A stretch of 56,481 nucleotides of DNA from Rhizaria sp. SCN 62-66 (lineage: Eukaryota). Shown here piece by piece: positions 42,701 through 55,702 of the stretch. The notes below the pieces were generated by a model. It was not told the origin of the DNA and made no database searches. It saw nothing but the letters and a program-made list of their open reading frames with translations. The stretch covers positions 1-56,481 of the forward strand of contig MEDY01000175.1 in assembly GCA_001724265.1 (NCBI GenBank), in the 5' to 3' direction. Made by a program: the position numbers and the translations under genes. Positions within the stretch are counted from its first letter, which is position 1. Each line of letters opens with the position of its first letter.

Positions 42701-45700
42701 GCGGCCTTGCTGTCCTTCTTGGCGGTAATCACGGCCGCGGCCGCGGTTGCAGCCTCCGAGGCGGCCGTCTTGCTCACCTTCTTGCTATTGGCCGCGGCCG
42801 CCGCAAAGACCGACGTGTCGCAGGCGTCGGCGTCGTCGTCCGTGCTGTCGTCAGCCATCGTAACGCCGCCCTTGCCCGCCGCGGCGGTCGCGAAGTCGAC
42901 GGCACTGCGCTTGACGCGTTTGCCCAGCAGCGCCGAGTCTCCAGAGTCGGACTCAGGCTCGTTGTCGTCGTCGTCGCTGGCGCTTTTGCGCTCATCAGCC
43001 GCCGCAGTGCTGTTAGCAGCGGCGGCGGCGTCGTCGTCGTCGCTGCCGTCGCTCACGCATCCGTACACTTCCTCGTCGTCGCCGAGCCCCATGACGCCCG
43101 CGCTGCGGCTCGCGGCGGCCGCGCGCTGCCGAGGCATGCGAAGTCCCAGCGCCGCGGCGGCCGCCTTGCGGTCCACGCGCACGCGCTCCACCACGCCACG
43201 CCGCAAGGTGTCAGGCACCGCGGGCGCCAGCTTCTCGTAGACAAGGACATACGCGCGCTCCTGCAGGACCTCGCGCAGAGGGATTGGACGCGAAGACTCG
43301 TCGTCCTTGAGGTACCAGTTTTCCCAGTCGCCGCAGCCTTCCTCCTCTTCATCGTTAGCCTCATCGTCGTCGCTGTCGACAAGAGTGCGCTTGCCGTGCT
43401 TGCCAAAGTGCTGCTGCTGCTGTTGCTTCGCGAGCTTCTTGGCGCTCAGGGGAGTCTTGGCGCCGCGCCCCTTGACGATTGCGTAATAGTGCCCGTTGCC
43501 CATCGATCCGTGGTGGACAACCAGGCCGCACAGCCGGTACTTGTAGCTCTCCAGGCCGCCCAGGGGTACGCCCACGGTCACTGCGCTGACTGGCTGGTGC
43601 TTGTCGGCAGTGGACTGGTTGGCAGCGTTCATGATGCTGCTTGCAGTGGTCGCAGTCAAAGAGTTCGTGGTCGTCGTCGTGATCGTCGTCGAGAGCACGG
43701 CGAGGCGCGCGTGGTTGGCCACCGTCGTCACGTCGGCCGCGGCGGCGACCGGGAGGTGGTAGGAACCAGCGCAGCCGATGCCGCCTGCTGCAGGCGGCAG
43801 CGGCCGGCCGCCGGGGCCGCGCGCGAAGGACTTGACCGTCGTCATCGTCGTCGTCGTCGTCGTAGTCGTGGTGTTCGAGCTGTGAAGAGTTGCGCCGACG
43901 CCGAAGAGGGTCGAGGGCAGACTGGTCACATAGTCGTCGGCAGCGACAGCGGCGGCGGCGGCGTTCACCGTCGCGGTCGCGGACTCAGAAGAGCTGCTGG
44001 TGACCGTGGTGCTGACGATAGGCGCGAGGGGCAGGGACACAAGGCCGCTGCCGAAGCCGACGCTGCGCGTGGCGTGCAGCGAGTTCAGTCCGGGCACCTT
44101 GCTACTGCCACTCCCCGCCGCAGCAGCAGCAGCAGCAGTACTGTTGGTGTACGACAAGGCGAGCACGGGGTCGCTGACGCCACCCGACTGCGCGCCGGGG
44201 GCCATCGCGGCGGCGGCGGCGGCGGAGGCGGTGGCGGCGACGGGCGCGATGGTGGCCACAGAGGGCAGCGCGGCGGCGACGAGCTGCGCGGGCGTGTCCA
44301 GCGGCTCGAGCCCGTATGGCAGCTGCGGCGCGTCGAGCATGCGCACGATGACCGCGCCTCTGTCGCCCGCCACGCTGTTGCTGTTGCTGCTGACGCTGTT
44401 GCCGTGGACGTCCGTGACGATCACTGGCGTGGACGCGGTGGCCATCGGGTGCGGCGCGCTGGCGTACACCGCGAGCGGGACAGCGCTCAGAGACACGGGC
44501 TTGGCGGGCTTGTTGCCGTAGCCCTGCGCAGTCGCGGCCGCGGCGGCTACGGCCTCGGCCAGGACGGCCGTGATGGCGCTTGCGTGGGTGGGCACCGTCA
44601 GGTCGACGAGCGAGGCCGCGGTCTCCGCGCGCCGGGCCGAGGCTACCACGGCGGCCGCGGCGACGGCGGAGGGCGCGTCGGCCGTCAGGCTCAGGCTCAC
44701 GTTGTTGCTGTTGCTGTCGCCGGCGGCGCCGCCACTGGAGGTGGAGAGGTAGTTAAGCGTGCACTGGGGGGTCTTGGAGCCGCTGGCGCTGGTCGCAGCC
44801 GCCGCGGCCGCCGCAGCGCCGGCAACTAGCCCCGTTGCCGCGGCCTTGGCGTAGGCGGCGACGCCGGCGTTGGCCTTGCGGACCGATGAGGAGACGAAGG
44901 GGCGCAGGTCGAGCTCGACGGGGAAGGTCACGCGGTGACCCAGCTTGGTCCCGTTCATCAGCCGCTTCTTGGAGCCGGAGCCGAAGGAGCGGCCGAGCAT
45001 CTCCACGGCCTCGAAGCCGGCCGAGAAGCGCTTGAGGTGGATCGTGAGCACGTTGGGCATCTTATGCACCGTGAGCCGCTTGCGCGCGGTGACCTTTGTG
45101 GCGCAGCGCGCGCAGCGGTACGCGTTCTTGCCCTGCAGCACCTCGGGCTTCGTGAACGCCGCCAGCGCGTCCTCCACGGAGCCGATATTGGCAACCTGTA
45201 CCGAGAGGTCGAGGAAGCGCTCGTAGCTGTTGCTCTCGTAGTTGCACACGGAGCAGCGGATCTGCGAGCGCAGGACGCCGCCCATCAGCGCGTACACGGG
45301 CCCAGCGAGCTGGGCTGACATGGGCAGCGCTGCGGCCACCGCGGCGGAGTCCCAGCGGCCGCTCGACTGGGCGGGGGCCTTGTGCAGGTAGGCCGGCAGG
45401 TTTGACTGCAGCCAGTGCATGTTGAGCTTATCGAGCAGGGACCGCATGGCCTCATGGGCGTCCTCTTGGTCGCCTGTGATGTGTGAGGGGAAAGAAGAGC
45501 GAGCAAAAACAAAGAAGAAAGAGGAAGGTGAGAAAAACAAAATTAAAATGCACCATACAATGCCGTTTTTAAATGTAAATTGGACTGGTTTTTGTCTTTA
45601 ATGAATATTAAAATTTGCGTACCGAATGCCTCCATGGAGGGAATGATGGCCTTGAGGTGGCGCACGACCCACTTAGGCGCAATTTCCCGCGGCGGCACGT

Positions 45701-48700
45701 TGGCCAGTGCGTTACTATCCTTGTTGGCACCCGCGACCGTGACGCGTCCGCGCATGTGGAAGCTGACTGCGAGCCGCTGGAGCGTGCAGACGGCGCAGAA
45801 GGGCGTCTTGCCACTGGCGGCGAGCGCGGCGGCGGCAGCAGCGCTGTGGCCCTGGCAGCGCACGCAGCGGTGCGCGTGCCGGTCGCCGCCCAGCTCCGCG
45901 ACAGCCGCGGAGAGCGGGTCTCCGAAGGCCACGGCGGCCAGCGCGGCCGCAGCGTCAGCGTCGGACACAGTCATCTCGCCACGGGTGCTCGCTGTCACAC
46001 TACTTGAGTGACTCGAGTTGGCGAGGATGAAGGGCCGCGCCGTGAGCGCCGCAGCGGGGGCGGCCGGCGCGTACTGACCCAGGTAGGCCGCCACCGCCGC
46101 CTCGGCCGCGGAGGCGCCGTCGGCGGGCGCCAACGGCACGGGCGTCGGCGCGGGCGCGGCGCCGTTGGCCGCGGCCGTGGGGGCCTTGGAGCCGGGCACG
46201 GTGGTCAGCGGGGCTGAGCCGCCGCTGCTGGCGGCCAGGAGCGAGCGGGCGAGCGCGGCGCAGTCGTCGGCCACGGCCACGCGGCGCAGCGCCAGCACGG
46301 CCACTGGCGACGCCGCTGACCGGGCGGCCGCGGTGCCGGCCGCATTGGCGGTGGCGTCGTCGACCATAGAAGAGGGGCGGGGGGCCCACAGCGGGTGCAG
46401 CGGGTGCGTGGGGGCGAGCCGCGACACGAGTCCGTCGCCGCGGTTGAGCGCCGCGGCCACCGAGGGGTCCTTATGGTGGGGGAAGAAGGCCATACCGGCG
46501 TTGTGAGCGGTGACCGTGAGCGTGGGCCGGCCGCCGCCCGGCGTCGCAACGGGCGCGACAGGGTGGGCCGGGTGGTTCGGCGGCCGCGGCAGCGCGTGTG
46601 GCGGTGGTACCTGCACCCTGGCCTCGGCCACAGACCGCTCCCACACGCGGGTCGCGGCGATGGCGCGGAGGCGAGTCAGCGCGTTACTCACGACGATGTG
46701 CTGGCCGGACCGCCAGAGTGTCAGCAGGACCGAAAAAAGGGCCTGCGGGGACTCAGTCGCAGCGCTACTGTTCACAAGAGGCAGCGTGTTGGTGACGGGC
46801 GGCACTGAGGGGCCCTTGCGCGAAGGGGCGTTCTCAGCGGCACTGAGCAAAGACTCAAGCACTTGCACCGAGTGCGCCAGAGTCGCATCCTCGTTCTCAT
46901 CATCGCCATCGTCGCTGTCCATTGCCTTGTGACTGCCAGCGCTAGCACTCGTACTCGCGCTCGCAGCAAGCGGTAGGTGGAGTGACTGCCCGCGGCGGGC
47001 GAGGCGGCGGCCAAACAGCTGTGCCAACGACTCGATGCGACTCGCACCGGCAGAGAGAGCACCGCCGGTGACAGCAGCCGGGGCACTTACACTGCCACCC
47101 TTAGCCGACGCAGAGGAGGCACTTAGACTGGCGGGATCGACGCCCGCGAGCTTGAGCGTCTCCTCTGAGGCGGTGAGACAGAGCCATTGCGCCAGCAGGG
47201 GGATGTGCATCATGACTTGCAGCGCCGAGTTGAGGAAGCACGTGTTGCCCAGGTTGGCCAGCCCGGGGGTTGGCTTCAAGGCAGCGGCTGTCACCCCGCC
47301 AGCTCGACCGGACGCGGCCGCCGCCACCGCCGTCTTGACCGCCTTGGCGGAGTCGGCTGCGATCTCGGCACTCTTGGAGGCCAGCACGGCGGCGGCCGCG
47401 GACTGCTTCTTGCTCTTCTTCTTAGCACCGCTATTTCCGTCAATACCGTCTTGCTCCTGCTCCAACTGCTGCTGCTGCTGTTGCTGCTGGAGTTCTTTGA
47501 GCTTCTTGCGCTCGCCAGAGAGTTCGGCCTCGATCTCGGCCTTGACCGCTGCGCCATAGATGGCCTCCTGCTCCGGCCAGTGCAGCAGCAGCGCGGGCAG
47601 GCGGTCGGGCACGCAGGTCGCGTGTAAGGGCGACGGGTAAGGGTAGTCGTCGCCGTAGATAAGCCGCACCGCGCTGCGCGCCACACGCAGCACCAGCAGT
47701 TCCAGCGCGTCGACGGGCACCGCACCCGCCAGCACCGACGGCTGCTGCTGCTGCGTCGCGTCAGCCTCGGCCTCGCCTGCAGTGATGGACTCGGGGTCGG
47801 CCGGTGCAGTCTTGTTGCTCAGCTTGCCCTTCTTCGCGCTGCTAGCGCTGCTGTTAGAGGCAGCGAGCACCGCGTTGGCGAGCGCCTGGGACAAACCGGC
47901 AACGGTGCGGATGTTCGCGGCATTTGCAGCGGCAGCGTTGGCATTCGTGCCATTGGTGTTGTTGTTGGAGGCAAGTGTTTGAATCGCTGTGAGGACCCGT
48001 GCCAGAGCGCGCTTGCGGGCGGGGTCTAAGGGCCTCGCCTTGGCCCCCTTAGACGCCTCACCGCCATTGTCACGGCGCGACTGCGTGTTGAGCCCGTATG
48101 CAAGCGCAGACAGCTCAGCCAACACGGCCATAGCGTCGACTTTAACGCCCCCGCCCGCGGCGCCTGCGGTGCCGTTGGACAGCAGAGAGTCGCCGGCGCC
48201 GGCTGCGCGCAGTAGCGCACCGAAGGAGGACGACGCGACGGCGGCCACGCTGCCGGCGGCGGCCGCGGCGGCCGAGGCGGACCAGCGCGGGTCGTAGCCG
48301 TAGACCTTGGCCAACGCGAGGTTATCCAGCGGGTCGCTGTACTTGTTTGTGTTAAGGGTTACCAAATTGAAGGAGCCGTCCTCGGGCCGCGCGGGTTTCA
48401 GCGACCGAGGATCGCGGGCAGGCGTAAAGCCGACGCGGCGGGTCAGCACGCCCTGCGCCTCGCCCGCCAGGTGCGCGACGAGCGACGCCGCAGTGACGCC
48501 GCCCCTGCCGCCGTTCAGAGGGTTGGAGTTTGAGCTCCCGTCTCCCGCGGAAGCGCCTGAGTCTGACTTGGCCTCTGAGCCGCGGCGGCTTGACTTTGCA
48601 TAGTGCGGGGTCAGCGTCACACCGTCGCGCGGGTCGTGCTCCTGTGCGTCGCCGTCGTCGTCGCCGTCTGCCATGGCGCGGGGGCCGGAGAGCGGATCCG

Positions 48701-49013
48701 TGTCGTCGTCGAATGACGCGCGGGAGGCGCGGATGCGGGCCTCCACGTCAGCGTACGCGTCGGCCGCGGCGCCCGTGGCGGCGGAGGCCGCAACGGAGGC
48801 CGATGAGTTGCTGCGGGCGGCAAAAACGGCCGAGATGACGTTCGTGGACGCGGCGGCGGCAGCCTTGTCCTTCTTCTTGGACGAGACATGGGCCGATGCT
48901 GAGGCAGCGCCCTGCTTGTTAGGGGTTTGTGCGGGGTGCACAGTGGCAGAGCCGCCAACAAAGCCCTTGTTGTGCTTCTTCGTCACACCGATGTGATGCG
49001 CGTTGAAGGACAT
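39745..49013 (-). CDS. USP36: USP36/USP42-like (nucleolar) ubiquitin-specific protease, ~3039 aa; exons 49013-45623 and 45473-39745
   Basis: GLANLGNTCFLNSALQ; FCAVCTLQ; the intron 45622-45474 splice creates FGDQEDAHE; GGVLRSQIRCSVC; FLDLS; YRCARC; LTIHLKRF; YRLCGLVVHHGSMGNGHYY; AYVLVYEK. Acidic tract and C-terminal DEYDSALDAGRLKKV resemble the USP36-family tail. Stop TAA. Confidence 0.88.
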
Positions 49014-49428
49014 GTGAGTATGCGAGTGTCTCCCGAGTGGGAAAGAGAGAAAGCGAAGGACAAGAGACTGTGATCGCAAGAGGAGAGAAGAGGTGGATTT
49101 GGTAAGCGGAATGTCGAGGAGTTCATCAAGCAGTGAAGATTTTAATGGAGAATCGAAGTATTTGCGCCATGATGGTAGCGGTAATGAATGTGGTATAACT
49201 ATTTACGGAAGTGTAGTGCTGTTACAGCAGTGTTTCGCGGCACGCAGTCCGTGGTTTGGCGGTCTCCTGCCCAGCCGACCAGAACCAAGCCTCGCTTTGG
49301 CGCCTTGCAGCCTCGATGTCATCAACTTCAGGCAAGGTTATCGATATTAAAACAACGTCAAATTGCCGAGAGACTTTGCATCCTGGTTAGCTCTTGAGCT
49401 TCGTATGTGATATTTCAATTACATCTCT

Positions 49429-50644
49429 ATGTCTCTTCGTTTCGCTCCTCGAGTCGCAAGTGAGCTCCGCTCGCTTGCACGGAATCCTCCTTCTGGTACG
49501 TCTCTTTTCCCGCTCCCCTGCAGACTTGATAGGAGATGCTCATAGAAATAATATCCAGCTCACAACGTAGGCATGGTGCGCAACTTTATTATATCGTATA
49601 GGAATCACTGTTTCACACACTGGCGAGGACCAGGGCATGATGCTCCTGACCGCAACCCTCGCCGGCCCTCCTGACACCCCCTACGAAGGTGGTGTCTTCA
49701 CTCTGTCCGTGCACCTCCCGCATGACTACCCGCTGCGCCCGCCGCAGGTCCGCTTTATTACGCCTGTTTACCACCCGAACATTGACGAGAGCGGCCGCAT
49801 CTGCCTCGACACGCTGCGCATGGCGCCCTCGACCTCATCGGCCTCCACCTCGGCCACTGGGGGGCTCCACTCCGCGGCTACGACGGTGGGCGCAGGCTCC
49901 CTCTCGGCGCCCGCTGCGGCCGCGGGGTCGGGCTTCTGGACGCCGCTGCTGACGATCGAGGCGCTGTTGCTGACGCTGCAGGTCATGTTAGCGCACGCCA
50001 ATCCTGACGACAGTTTGGTCCGCGACATCGCTTCTGAATACGTCACTGACCGGCGGTTGTTCAATGAGAAGGCGCGCTCATGGGTTCGCATGTACGCGTC
50101 ACCCACCGATGCCGACGGCTACGACGCTGATGGGCCTGCTGCGATTGAGAACGTAAGTCGCACTGCCTCGTCGCGGAGCAAGACCGTACCGGTGACGCCA
50201 CCAAAGCGAGCCAATGCCAACGCTGTTGTGCGGACGATGAACGCGACCGCGCAAGGCGGCGGCGCTTTGCTGTATACGCCAGGTAAGCGCTCTCGAACTA
50301 GTGACAGCAACAGTATGCGCTCTCGCAGCAGCAGCTGCAGCAGCAGCAGCAGTAACAACAACAGCGAAGACAGGAATGTGACGAGTGAGGCCGCCGGCTC
50401 GGACCCTGCGTCTGGTCCTGATGCCAGTGTAAAGGCCCGCGACTGTGATCATTCGTTTGCGGCTGCTTTGTCGCGCGCAATCACAACGCGTTGGAATGTT
50501 GAGCGCTCAGTTCCTACAGTAACATCAGCTGTAGCAGCAGCAGCAACAGCCTCAGCGACAGCAACATCACCATCTGTCGGAGAGGGAACTGACCCTCCGG
50601 CTGCAGCGCTTAACGGCAGCGAATTTTGGAGCTTTCTGACATAA
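49429..50644 (+). CDS. UBE2T: Ubiquitin-conjugating enzyme E2 T-like, ~369 aa; exons 49429-49495 and 49602-50644
   Basis: [59 protein letters not shown] (catalytic Cys); [14 protein letters not shown]...ARSW. Phase-1 GTACGT...TATAG intron. Stop TAA. Confidence 0.85.
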
Positions 50645-50866
50645 AACACAGATGCAATCAAATAGTAACGCCAAGTACATGGAGGGGCTGTCAAGCCATC
50701 TGTGAGTGCCGCGACTTAAGTGAACATACATACTTTACAAATATTTTTTTATTTAGACGAACAGTTATAACAGTGAATACAAACAATGAACCTGAATACA
50801 ATACGAATTCACGGCGACAGCGGCAAATCAATGCGTGCAAAGCTTGAGAACGTCAGGAGCCGGTCT

Positions 50867-53800
50867 TTAGTCAGTCGGCGATGAAGCAGGATTCGTGGCG
50901 AAATAGGTCGAATAGAAACCATTAAAGTCGAGCCGTGTCAGCAGGTCACTCCAGTCGCCCACAGCTGCATTGTTGCCGCCGCCGCTGCTAGCGCTGCCCG
51001 TCGCCGTGGCCGCAGTGGCCGCCTCGGTCTCTGCCGCTAGCAGGGCAACGAAGGCGCGCAGTCGGTCGTCGAAGGACGTGGAGAACTTGTTGATCATAAG
51101 CGCAAAGTGCGGGTGCGAGACCACGCCCGACGCGCGCGCCGTACGCTCGGCCACCTTGAGCGCGCGCGCGCGGCCGCAAAGAACACCCGAAGCGGTCCCC
51201 GCGCCGCCCGCGGTTGCGCCGCCAGAGCCGGCGCCGTCGCCTTGCTGCAGCTGCGAGAGTACCGCGTCTGCGGGCGAGGCGTCGACCGAGGCGGCGAGGC
51301 GGCGCGCGTTGTCGGCAAAGAGCAGGCAGTAGGTGAGCACCTTGACCAGCACGGCGAGCAGCCGCGGGTGCGTGAGCATGCAGGCGTGCAGCGCGCCGTC
51401 GAGGAAGCCCGAGTGCAGCCGAACCACCTCGTCGACGGTCGAGGCGATGGCGACGCGCGCCGCCATCGCCTGCCATGCCGGCTCCAGCGCGGTGTGCGCA
51501 AGGTAAGTCGACAGCGAGGTGACCAGGTGCAGCATGCGGTGCCGCAGAGTGTTGGCGGCGGCGAGTGCACGCTCCAGAGAGGCGGACTTGAATGTCTGCA
51601 GCGACGCGAATGCGGCGCCGAGCCTGCGCTGCACGTGCCGCACGAACACTAAGTGCCGGAACAACAGCTGATACTTAGTCAGCGAGCGGCGTGAGAACAC
51701 GAGGTTGAGCGGCCAGTCGACGCGCATAGTGAGAGCAAGCACGTCCAGGCCGCGCAGCGCGTTGCCCGCAGAGCCTGCGGCGGCGGCTTGCCGCTGCTGC
51801 TGCTGCTGCTGCTGTTGTCCAGTCGCCGCAGAGCTATTGACAGCGGCGCCCGCGGCGGCGGCGGCGATCGCGCCGGTGGGCTGCAGGTAGCACACGATCT
51901 GGTCCCTGTAGGGGTCCTTGCCGGCGCCAGTTGTGCGAACCGCGTCTTCCCACAGGGCGTCGAGCTTCGCGGCTGACACCGCCGCGGCGGGCAGCGCGAG
52001 TTCGGCCCCCGCAAGGTCGAGGAAGCGCGAGGCCAGGTCGCCGTAGCCGAGTAGGAAGAAGCCGCGCGCCGAGGCCAGCCGGCCCGCCAAGTCCAGGCCC
52101 CGGGGCGCGGGGGACCGGCACAAAGACAGTGCGGCTGTCGCGGCGGCAGCGTGCGCGGCGCCGATCGCCGCGGCGAGGATGTGCGGCTGCTCCAGTACGA
52201 GGCGCGGGTTCCGGGCCAGTGTGCTGAGCGCAATTTGGTGTAAGCTGCCACTCTGGCCGTGCGAGGTGCTCACATCGGCGTCCAAGTAAGGCACCAACGC
52301 GGTCGCGCCGGAGCCTGCGCTATTAGTCAGGCCGCCGTCGTTGATGGACGAATGCAGCCGCAGGACGCCCCAGTGCCGGCCCGCTAAAAGAAGCATCTCT
52401 GCGTGCGGCCGCAGGAACAACGGCACCTCAGACAGCGGCCCCGCGTCGTCCTCGCCGCCGTCCTCCTCCGCAGCGGCCGCGGCCAGCGCGGCGCCCGCGG
52501 CGGCGGTGTCGGCGGCGGCGGGCGCGCGGTGCGCGTACCGCTGGTGCCAGTATGCCTCGCCCAGGTCCTGAGCGACGCGGTCGCCACCCCAGTCTGCCGT
52601 GGACACGATGTGGAACTCGTCCCACGCGTCGCCCTCCAAGTCCGCGTGGCAAGCCCACGCCGCAGTCAGCGCCAAGTACGGCGCGGCGGCGGCGGCCCAC
52701 AGCGCGGCCCAGTCGTCGCGCGCCGCCGCGTCGCCCGCGCGGAGCAGCGCGCGGTGGACGAGGGTCAGCAGGTGCGCGCCCCGGCCGCGGCGGCCGCGGG
52801 AGAGCGCCGCCGTGAGCAGCCAGCGCACCCGGGCCCAGCGCGCGGCCGCGGGGCGCGTCGCGTGCCACAACTGCAGCAGCGAGAGGCCGCGCGGGGCCTG
52901 TAACGCAGCTTCCAGCCGGGCGATGAGCAGCGCATGGCCGCGGTGCCAACGCGCGATCGCCGAGCAGAGCGACGTCCACACGGAACCGGCGCCGGCGGGA
53001 CGTCCCGCGGCGGCCGCAGTCGTCACTGCGGCGGCGAAGGCGGCGTCGCGGCACAGCGGCAACACGCGCGACACCGTGTCGGCGAACGCGGGGGGGAGCA
53101 CGGCGGCCGCAGCGGGCGCGAGGTCTAGGCGGGTGGCCGCGGCGGCGGCGGTCAAGGAGTCCCAGCCAAGCGCGGCTGCCACGGGCAGCCCGGTGTCGGT
53201 GATCATGTTGCTCGCGCCCGCAGCGGCGGCGGAGGCACTCGCAGTGGCGGAGGCTGCCGAGTCCGCGGGGACGGCGACGATGAAGCGCGAAGGCAGCCCC
53301 TCGAGCGCGGAGAGCAGGTCGTCGCACAACACGGCCTCCTGCTGCTGCGGGGGCAGCGCGCCCAGCACTGACGCCGCGGCGGGCGCGGCCGGGGACGCGA
53401 GCGCGGGCAGGCAGCCGCGCGCCGTGAGGGCGGACACGGCGCCGGGACCCAGCAGCGAGGCCGCAAGCGGCGGCGGCAGCGGGCGCGCGGCGTCGGCGGC
53501 CGTCACCGGCGCCGGGGACGGGCGCGCGGTCAACACGCAGGCGCGCGCGCGGGAGCCTCCGGCGGGCGTCGTGGCCGCCGTGGCCGCCGGCGCCAGCACC
53601 CACTGCGCGCAGTCTGTGGCCAGGGCGGCGGGGGCGATGGCGGCGATGGTGGCCACGGGGGCGGGGCGGCCGGTGAGGGCGGAGATGGGGCCCGCGGTGA
53701 CGGTGAGCCACAGGCCAGAGGCGGTGTGCTGCAGCCACACAGGGGCGCCCGCGGAGATAGAGTGGCCGTAGGGTGCAGAGTGGTGGCCATGAGAGGCCGA

Positions 53801-54896
53801 GTGGTGACCGTGAGCAACGACGCCGCCAGGAGTACTCGCAGTGAGGTGTTGCAGAGGGTCGACGACGGTCCAAGCAGCGGATTTAATGTCAGCCGCGTCA
53901 CTACTCTCAACACTCGTGTTCGGGTTAACATTGCCGGAAAGCGACGAAATGACTGTGAGGGCATTGTTCGAGTTATTGCTGTTGGAGACGGCCAGCAGCG
54001 CAGGGGTGCCAAGGGCGGCGATGAACACGGTGGCTCCGTGGCGCAGCACAGACGCAGTCGCCGCACTGCCACTCACGCCGGCCACAAGCTGCTGCTGCTG
54101 TTGCTGTTGCTGCTGCTGCTGATGCGACTGCGACTGGGTCGGGTTGGGGTGAGGCGCAGGGACGAATGCGAAACCACAGAAGGCGCTCCGAGTGCGGCTT
54201 GACTTCGGTGCGCCACTGACGCCGTACAGCTGTTGCTGCTGCTGCCGGTACAGCGCCATCGCAGCGCCGTTGTCACGGTTGCTGCTGGCGCTGCTGCTGT
54301 CCTGAGCTTGCGGGAGCGTGATGGCGGCGCCGGCGCGGGGACGCTCGCAGTCGCTGCCCACGGTCGCCAGTCCCGCGCTCACGGTCACATTTGCGCCCGC
54401 CCCGTCCGCTGCGGCGCCCGCACTGGCGTTGCCGAGGTTGGCGCTGCCGCACTCGGTGAAGACGGAGAGGAAGAGCTCGGTCGCCGGGGCGGCGGCAGCG
54501 GCGGCCGCGGCGGCGGTGTTGGCCGTGGCCGTGGCCGCGGAGACAGCGAAGCCGAGGCGTTCCGTTGCACTCAACGCCGCGGCGGCGGCGGAGGACGCGG
54601 CGGCCGGCACGGGCGGCGCGGTGAAGGGCAGCGCTGAAAGCACGGCGTCGAAGAGACCGGCACCGCTGTCTGCGGCTGCGGCGTTAGTATGGGAGAAGGC
54701 GGGGGCGGCGGGCAGGTGCAGTGGCGGCGGGTGCGGCTGCAGGAACAGGGGCGCGCCCGTCAGAGTCGAGGCGAGGCCCCAGGGAGAGACGACGGGCGCG
54801 GGCTGAGGCTGCTGCTGCTGCTGACGGTGATACTGCGCGGAAGAAGGCGTATTCGCATGAGGATAAGACTGGGTGTGTCCATGGGGCAGCAAGTTA

Positions 54897-54948
<52 letters not shown>

Positions 54949-55702
54949 ATGAGCGATAGAGGTTGTGCGCACTGGCAGAGCTGGCAGTCGGCAACGCAGC
55001 CCCGCTGGCAGTGACAGCAGTCGCGAGTGGGGCAGCCACATGTACAGCGTTGACCTGACTAGTGTTCGTCGTGGTCATTGCAGCCGAGGCAGCGGCGTCG
55101 TTGGTTTTGATGTACGTGGGATGGTAGTTGGCGTAGTCGCTGGCCGTTGCCGTCGGCAGCGGCGCAGCAGCGGCAGGACCAGCGGACGACAACGACGCGG
55201 ACGACGACGAGGACGACGTAGATGCAATGTAGGCGCGATGGTTCACAGAAGTAGCAGGAGCAGGAGCAGGGGCAGGGGCAGGGGCAGGAGCTGTGCTTGT
55301 GACAGGAACACGAGAGGGCGCAACACCACTAGCTAGCGCGGGCGGTGCGGCGTAGTGACGCGGCAGTGCAGGTGCAGCCGCGCTTGAGCTCACAGGAGCA
55401 CCTGCAGCAGGAACAGAAGCTACTGAAGCGGGGGCAGGAGCAGGGACGTAGGTAGCCTCAGAGTTCTGCGTTACAGAGTGTTGAACAGGTGCAAAAGACG
55501 CGGGCGCAGCACCAATGTTGGCCGACTGACCGGTAGCGCGCGGAGGGGAAGCCACGGCGGGGCCTGCGGCCGCGTTCTTGGCGGCGAGTGAGGCGTTGAT
55601 GTTGCTCAGCGTGGCGCGGTATGCGGCGACGGCCGAGGAGAACGACGCTGTGCTCGGGGCGGGGGCGCCGGGCGCGGGGTTAGAGGCCCCGGGGTCAGAC
55701 AT
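50867..55702 (-). CDS. TUBGCP2: Gamma-tubulin complex component 2 (Spc97/GCP2), ~1611 aa if TAG 54947 is read as sense
   Basis: EAVLCDDLLSALEG; DAWDEFHI; YWHQRY; VPLFL...LLAGRHWGVLR; FFLLGYGD; GLDVLALTMRVDWPLNLVFSRRSLTKYQLLFRHL. ORFs 55702-54947 and 54892-50867 are in the same frame, separated only by one TAG. Stop TAA. Confidence 0.88.
54899..54946 (-). repeat. (CAG)16 coding microsatellite (poly-Gln)
   Basis: 48 nt of perfect CTG repeats on the + strand, immediately preceded on the coding strand by TAG. Confidence 0.95.

Noticed and set aside
42061-44829. 922-aa + strand ORF and other long antisense or alternate-frame ORFs (e.g. 23581-25782, 39982-41469, 13634-15049)
   Set aside because: Shadows of GC-rich genes on the opposite strand; no recognisable motifs.
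45474-45622. ORFs 45543-49079 and 39745-45540 as two separate genes
   Set aside because: A GT-AG intron joins them and creates the conserved GDQEDAHE motif.
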